From: Alphaproteobacteria bacterium
GTDB taxonomy: Bacteria > Pseudomonadota > Alphaproteobacteria > MPNO01 > UBA830
Assembly (NCBI GenBank): GCA_038106605.1
Contig: JAYOEF010000001.1
Span: forward strand, 10,559 to 74,558
Length of the DNA: 64,000 nucleotides
Reading direction: 5' to 3'
Part shown: positions 59,709-64,000 of the stretch, piece by piece
How positions within the stretch are numbered: position 1 is the first letter of the stretch
Layout: each line of letters starts with the position of its first letter
The notes under the pieces: model-generated
Told to the model about the DNA's origin: nothing
Databases searched by the model: none
What the model saw: the letters and a program-made list of their open reading frames with translations, nothing else
Position numbers and translations under genes: made by a program

Positions 59709-61580
59709 ATGACGGCAGACACCGACACCGATGGACAGCTGACCGGCGCGGAGATGATCGCGGCCCGTCTCAAGACGCTGCCCCCGGGGCCGGGCGTCTA
59801 TCGCATGCTCGACGCCAAGGGCGAGCCGCTCTATGTCGGCAAGGCGAAGAACCTGCGCCGCCGCGTCGCCGCCTATTCGCGCCCGAGCCGCCTGCCCGAA
59901 CGCATCCGCCTGATGGTGGCGCAGGCCGCCGACCTCGTCATCGTCACGACCCACACCGAGGTCGAGGCGCTGCTGCTCGAAAGCAACCTGATCAAGCAGC
60001 TCAAGCCGCGCTACAACATCATCCTGCGCGACGACAAGTCGTTCCCCTACATCCTGCTGCGCACCGACACCGACTGGCCCCAGCTCGTGAAGCATCGCGG
60101 GGCGCGGAGCAAGGACGGGGAGTATTTCGGCCCGTTCGCCTCGGCCGGCGCGGTCAACCGCACGCTGAATACGCTGCACAAGGTGTTCCCGCTCCGGAAC
60201 TGCTCGGATTCGGTCTTCTCGGCGCGCACACGGCCCTGCCTGCAGTACCAGATCAAGCGCTGCACCGCGCCCTGCGTCGGGCTGATCGCGGAGGACGCCT
60301 ACGGCGAGATCGTCGGCGAAGCGCGCGCCTTCCTCGAGGGCCGCAGCCGCAACCTGCAGGAATCGTTCTCGCGCCGCATGCAGGAGGCGAGCGACGCGCT
60401 CGACTTCGAGAGCGCGGCGATCTTCCGCGACCGCATCCGCGCGCTGACCCAGATCCAGGCGCGCCAGGACATCAACGTCGAGGGCATGGCGGAAGCCGAC
60501 ATCGTCGCCGCCCACCAGGAGGGCGGCCACACCTGCGTGCAGGTGTTCTTCTACCGGGCGGGCCAGAACTACGGCAACCGCACCTATTTCCCGACCCACG
60601 GCAAGGCGGACACCGCGGAACAGGTGCTGGAGGCGTTCGTCGGCCAGTTCTATTCCGACAAGAAGCCGCCCAAGCTCGTCCTCGTCAGCCACGACCTGCC
60701 GCACCGGGCACTGGTCGAGGAGGCGCTGACCCTCCGCGCGGAGCGCAAAGTGGAGCTGTCGCGGCCGCAGCGGGGCACGCGGCGGAGCGTGATCGACAAC
60801 GCGCGCCAGAACGCGGTCGACGCGCTGGCGCGGCGCATGTCGGAGAGCGCGACGCAGCGCGGCCTGCTGGAGGGCGTCGCCGACCTTTTCGGGCTCGACG
60901 CCCCGCCCGCACGCATCGAGGTCTACGACAACTCGCACATCTCGGGCACCAATGCCTTGGGCGGCATGATCGTCTCCGGCCCCGACGGGTTCGAGAAGGG
61001 CGCCTACCGCCGCTTCAACATCAAGGGCGAGGACGTGGTGCCGGGCGACGACTACGCGATGATGCGCGAAGTGCTGTCCCGCCGCTTCGCCCGCGCCATC
61101 CGCGAGGATCCGGACCGCGCCGGGCGCACCTGGCCGGATCTGGTGCTGATCGACGGCGGGCCGGGCCAGCTCTCGGTCGCGGAAGAGGTGTTCGACGAGC
61201 TCGGCATCTCCGACCTGCCGCTGGTCGCGATCTCCAAGGGTCCGGACCGCAACGCGGGGCGCGAGCACTTCCACATGCCGGGGCGCACGCCCTTCACGCT
61301 GCCGCTGCAGGACCCGGTGCTCTATTTCATGCAGCGGCTGCGCGACGAGGCCCACCGCTTCGCCATCGGCAGCCACCGGGCGCGGCGGTCGCGCGACATC
61401 GGCCGCTCGGCGATCGACGAGATCCCGGGGATCGGCGCCAAGCGGAAACGCGCCCTCCTCCACCATTTCGGCTCGGCGGCGAGCGTCGCCCGCGCCGGGC
61501 TCGCCGACCTCGAGACGGTCGACGGCATCAGCCGCACCGTGGCCAAAAGAATCTATGACCACTTCCACTCGGAGGAATAG
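59709..61580 (+). CDS. uvrC: excinuclease ABC subunit C
   Basis: GIY-YIG (GVYRMLDAKGEPLYVGKAKNLRRR), UvrBC-interaction, RNaseH-like and C-terminal HhH2 domains. Confidence 0.95.
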   Translation: MTADTDTDGQLTGAEMIAARLKTLPPGPGVYRMLDAKGEPLYVGKAKNLRRRVAAYSRPSRLPERIRLMVAQAADLVIVTTHTEVEALLLESNLIKQLKPRYNIILRDDKSFPYILLRTDTDWPQLVKHRGARSKDGEYFGPFASAGAVNRTLNTLHKVFPLRNCSDSVFSARTRPCLQYQIKRCTAPCVGLIAEDAYGEIVGEARAFLEGRSRNLQESFSRRMQEASDALDFESAAIFRDRIRALTQIQARQDINVEGMAEADIVAAHQEGGHTCVQVFFYRAGQNYGNRTYFPTHGKADTAEQVLEAFVGQFYSDKKPPKLVLVSHDLPHRALVEEALTLRAERKVELSRPQRGTRRSVIDNARQNAVDALARRMSESATQRGLLEGVADLFGLDAPPARIEVYDNSHISGTNALGGMIVSGPDGFEKGAYRRFNIKGEDVVPGDDYAMMREVLSRRFARAIREDPDRAGRTWPDLVLIDGGPGQLSVAEEVFDELGISDLPLVAISKGPDRNAGREHFHMPGRTPFTLPLQDPVLYFMQRLRDEAHRFAIGSHRARRSRDIGRSAIDEIPGIGAKRKRALLHHFGSAASVARAGLADLETVDGISRTVAKRIYDHFHSEE

Positions 61581-61634
61581 TATCCGGGCCATGGACACCC
61601 GACGGAGAACACTGCGGAACGGAGCACGCGGCGG

Positions 61635-62231
61635 ATGGATCTGACGCTGCCCAACGGACTCACGCTGATGCGGGTCGTGCTGATTCCGCTGTTCGTCGCG
61701 CTGTTCTTCCTCGAGAGCGCAACCGGCCAGTGGCTCGCGCTCGCCGTCTTCGCCGTCGCCTCGATCACCGATTTCTTCGACGGCTGGCTGGCGCGCCGCC
61801 TCGGCCAGCTGTCGGCGTTCGGCCGCTTCCTCGATCCCATCGCGGACAAGCTCCTGGTCGCCGCGGCGCTGCTGATGCTCGTCGGGTTCGGGCAGATTTC
61901 CGGGCTCGTCATCATCCCGGCGGTGGTCATCCTGTGCCGCGAGATCCTGGTTTCCGGTCTTCGCGAATATCTCGCGGGCGTGGCGGTGGGGCTGCCGGTG
62001 AGCAGGCTCGCCAAGTGGAAGACGACGGTGCAGATGTTCGCGCTCGGCTTCCTCATCGTCGGCGACGCGGCGCACCCGGCCGTGCCCGCATCGATCCCCA
62101 TCCGCGAGATCGGCGAGGCCGGGCTCTGGATCGCCGCCGCGATTACGCTGGTGACCGGCTGGGACTACATGCGCGCCGGGCTCCGCCACATGAACGGCAC
62201 CGTCTCCGAAACCGGCGCGGGCCCGAAATGA
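61635..62231 (+). CDS. pgsA: CDP-diacylglycerol--glycerol-3-phosphate 3-phosphatidyltransferase
   Basis: CDP-alcohol phosphotransferase motif DFFDGWLARR…G…DPIADK. Conserved uvrC-pgsA linkage. Confidence 0.9.
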   Translation: MDLTLPNGLTLMRVVLIPLFVALFFLESATGQWLALAVFAVASITDFFDGWLARRLGQLSAFGRFLDPIADKLLVAAALLMLVGFGQISGLVIIPAVVILCREILVSGLREYLAGVAVGLPVSRLAKWKTTVQMFALGFLIVGDAAHPAVPASIPIREIGEAGLWIAAAITLVTGWDYMRAGLRHMNGTVSETGAGPK

Positions 62232-62274
62232 GCGAGCCGCGCACGATGTCCGGCGACGCCCGGGACGCACGCTG

Positions 62275-63540
62275 ATGGCCCAGCTTTCGGACGACTGCTT
62301 CGCCTTCGGCGGCGAGCTGATGCGCACCGACGAAGCGCTGCGCCTGCTGGCCGAGCGCCTCGACGTGGTGGTGCCGGCGGAAACCGTGCCGATCCGGAAG
62401 GCGCTCGGGCGCATCCTCGCCGAGGAGGTGACGTCGCCGCGCGCGGTGCCGCCGTACGACAACGCCGCCGTCGACGGCTATGCCGTCCGCTTCGAGGACC
62501 TGTCGCCGGACGGCGATACGCGGCTCCCGGTAACCGCGCGCGTCGCCGCCGGCCAGACGCTCGGCCGCCCCTCGGTCGCGGGCGAGGCCGTCCGCATTTT
62601 CACCGGGGCGCCGATGCCGGAAGGCCTCGACACCGTCCTGATGCAGGAGGACTGCCGCGCGGAAGACGGCCCCGGAAAGAACTTCGTCGTTATCCCGCCC
62701 GGCATCAAGCAGGGCGCCAACCGCCGCTTCGCCGGCGAGGACATCAAGGCGGGCGAGGCGATCCTCCATGCGGGAACGCGCCTCCGGCCGCAGGACGTCG
62801 GGCTCGCCGCCTCGATCGGGCAGACGGAACTCCAAGTTTACGCCCCTCTCCGCGTCGCCCTGTTCTCGACCGGCGACGAGGTACGCGACGCGGGCGAGGC
62901 CCTGCCGCCCGGCTGCATCTACGACGCCAACCGCTATTCCGTCGCCGCCGCGCTGGAACGCCTGGGGTGCGCGGTCGACGACCTCGGCATCCTGCCCGAC
63001 CGCTACGAGGTGATCCGCGACACCCTTGCCGAGGCGGCAAAGAGCCACGACCTGATCATGACCTCGGGCGGCGTCTCGACCGGCGAGGAGGACCATGTCC
63101 GCGCCGCCATCGAATCCCAGGGCCGCATCCATTTCTGGCGCCTCGCGATCCGCCCGGGCCGCCCCCTCGCCCTCGGCCAGATCGCGGGCATTCCCTTCAT
63201 CGGCCTGCCCGGCAACCCGGTCGCGGTGCTGGTGACCTTCATGCGCTTCGCCCGGCCCGCGATCCTGCGGCTCTCCGGGGCTGCGGAGACCGAACCCAGG
63301 AGCTACCGCGTGAAGGCCGGCTTCCCGGTGAAGAAGAAGGAAGGACGGCGCGAATGGCTCCGCGTCATGCTGGAGCGCGACGAGGACGGCCAGCCGGTGC
63401 TGCGCAAGTTCCCGCGCGACGGCGCCGGCATCCTCACCTCGATGGTCGCCGCCGACGGGCTCGTGGAGCTGCCCGAGGAGTTGACTCGCCTGGAGGCGGG
63501 AACCATGGTGGATTTTCTCCCGTTCAGCGAGATCGGATAA
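62275..63540 (+). CDS. moeA: molybdopterin molybdotransferase
   Basis: MoeA N, MoCF-biosynthesis (GGVSTGEEDH) and C-terminal domains. Confidence 0.9.
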   Translation: MAQLSDDCFAFGGELMRTDEALRLLAERLDVVVPAETVPIRKALGRILAEEVTSPRAVPPYDNAAVDGYAVRFEDLSPDGDTRLPVTARVAAGQTLGRPSVAGEAVRIFTGAPMPEGLDTVLMQEDCRAEDGPGKNFVVIPPGIKQGANRRFAGEDIKAGEAILHAGTRLRPQDVGLAASIGQTELQVYAPLRVALFSTGDEVRDAGEALPPGCIYDANRYSVAAALERLGCAVDDLGILPDRYEVIRDTLAEAAKSHDLIMTSGGVSTGEEDHVRAAIESQGRIHFWRLAIRPGRPLALGQIAGIPFIGLPGNPVAVLVTFMRFARPAILRLSGAAETEPRSYRVKAGFPVKKKEGRREWLRVMLERDEDGQPVLRKFPRDGAGILTSMVAADGLVELPEELTRLEAGTMVDFLPFSEIG

Positions 63541-63791
63541 TGCAGGTACTTTACTTCGGCTGGGTGCGCGCCCGCGTCGGCCTCTCTCAGGAAACCGTTT
63601 CCCCGCCGGCTCACATCGGCACCGTCGGCCAGCTCATCGAATGGCTGCGCAAGCGCGGCGGCGGCTATGCCACCGCCTTCGCCGACGCCGCCGGTATCCG
63701 CGCCGCGGTCAACCACGAGATCGCCGAGGCGGATGCGCCGGTGCGCGAGGGCGACGAGGTCGCCCTGTTCCCGCCGATGACCGGAGGCTGA
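63540..63791 (+). CDS. moaD: molybdopterin synthase sulfur-carrier subunit
   Basis: 83 aa ending in …FPPMTGG, the Gly-Gly tail of the ThiS/MoaD fold. The ATG overlaps the moeA stop (taATG). Confidence 0.8.
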   Translation: MQVLYFGWVRARVGLSQETVSPPAHIGTVGQLIEWLRKRGGGYATAFADAAGIRAAVNHEIAEADAPVREGDEVALFPPMTGG

Positions 63792-63794
63792 AAC

Positions 63795-64000
63795 GTGATC
63801 CGGGTGCAGCGCGAGGATTTCGACATCGGCGCCGAAATCGGCCGCATGACCCAGGGCCGCACCGAGATCGGCGGGCTCGCGAGTTTCGTCGGGCTGGTGC
63901 GCGACTATGCCGGCGACGAGCGGGTGAGCGCGATGACGCTGGAGCACTATCCCGGCATGACCGAAAAGCAGCTCGAACGCATCGAGGCCGAGGCGCGCGA
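63795..64000 (+). CDS. moaE: molybdopterin synthase catalytic subunit (5' partial, runs off window)
   Basis: GTG start. VIRVQREDFDIGAEIGRM…GLASFVGLVRD matches the MoaE N-terminus. Confidence 0.7.
   Translation, partial: MIRVQREDFDIGAEIGRMTQGRTEIGGLASFVGLVRDYAGDERVSAMTLEHYPGMTEKQLERIEAEAR

Noticed and set aside
59652-62462. 936-aa minus-strand ORF spanning uvrC and pgsA
   Set aside because: Antisense artefact. Both sense-strand genes are confidently identified.

Overview
High-GC (about 68%) chromosomal segment with alpha-proteobacterial housekeeping synteny: yqeY-dnaG-rpoD, carA … carB-greA, uvrB, folB, uvrC-pgsA, moeA-moaD-moaE. About 60 protein genes can be supported, plus one tRNA(CAT) and no rRNA or CRISPR. 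Other genes include a Liv-type ABC transporter, katG, trxB, msrP, msrB, KefB-like and CaCA-type antiporters, a PAS-GGDEF cyclase and an EF-G paralog. Four features do not fit ordinary core genome. (1) A family of paired 25-bp hairpin repeats, which translate as the spurious peptide IPAFAGMT, occurs as 12 units and is concentrated around msrB and uvrB. A second hairpin family is present in two copies. (2) A lower-GC island about 1.1 kb long carries an HNH_2-type endonuclease and sits between carA and carB next to a tauD remnant. (3) A tight operon of ELM1-like GT-B protein, prolyl-hydroxylase-like 2OG oxygenase and a 635-aa orphan protein is divergent from an Lrp regulator. The 3' end of this operon is duplicated as a direct repeat of about 200 bp flanking an inserted SDR + DUF2256 pair. 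(4) Gene decay is unusually dense: two in-frame amber codons (an O-methyltransferase and a UspA), a 35-bp tandem duplication that frameshifts an HpaB-like monooxygenase, a 3'-truncated histidine kinase and the TauD fragment. Other oddities are a 30-bp x5 tandem repeat in the dnaG-rpoD spacer, an RGG/Gly-rich insertion in DnaG, a Lys-rich histone-like tail on a cupin, a 14-bp x3 tandem repeat ahead of the USP gene, and an AT-rich spacer before uvrC holding a perfect CtrA box and a palindromic DnaA-box pair. All functional calls come from motif recognition in the translated ORFs; no database search was run.
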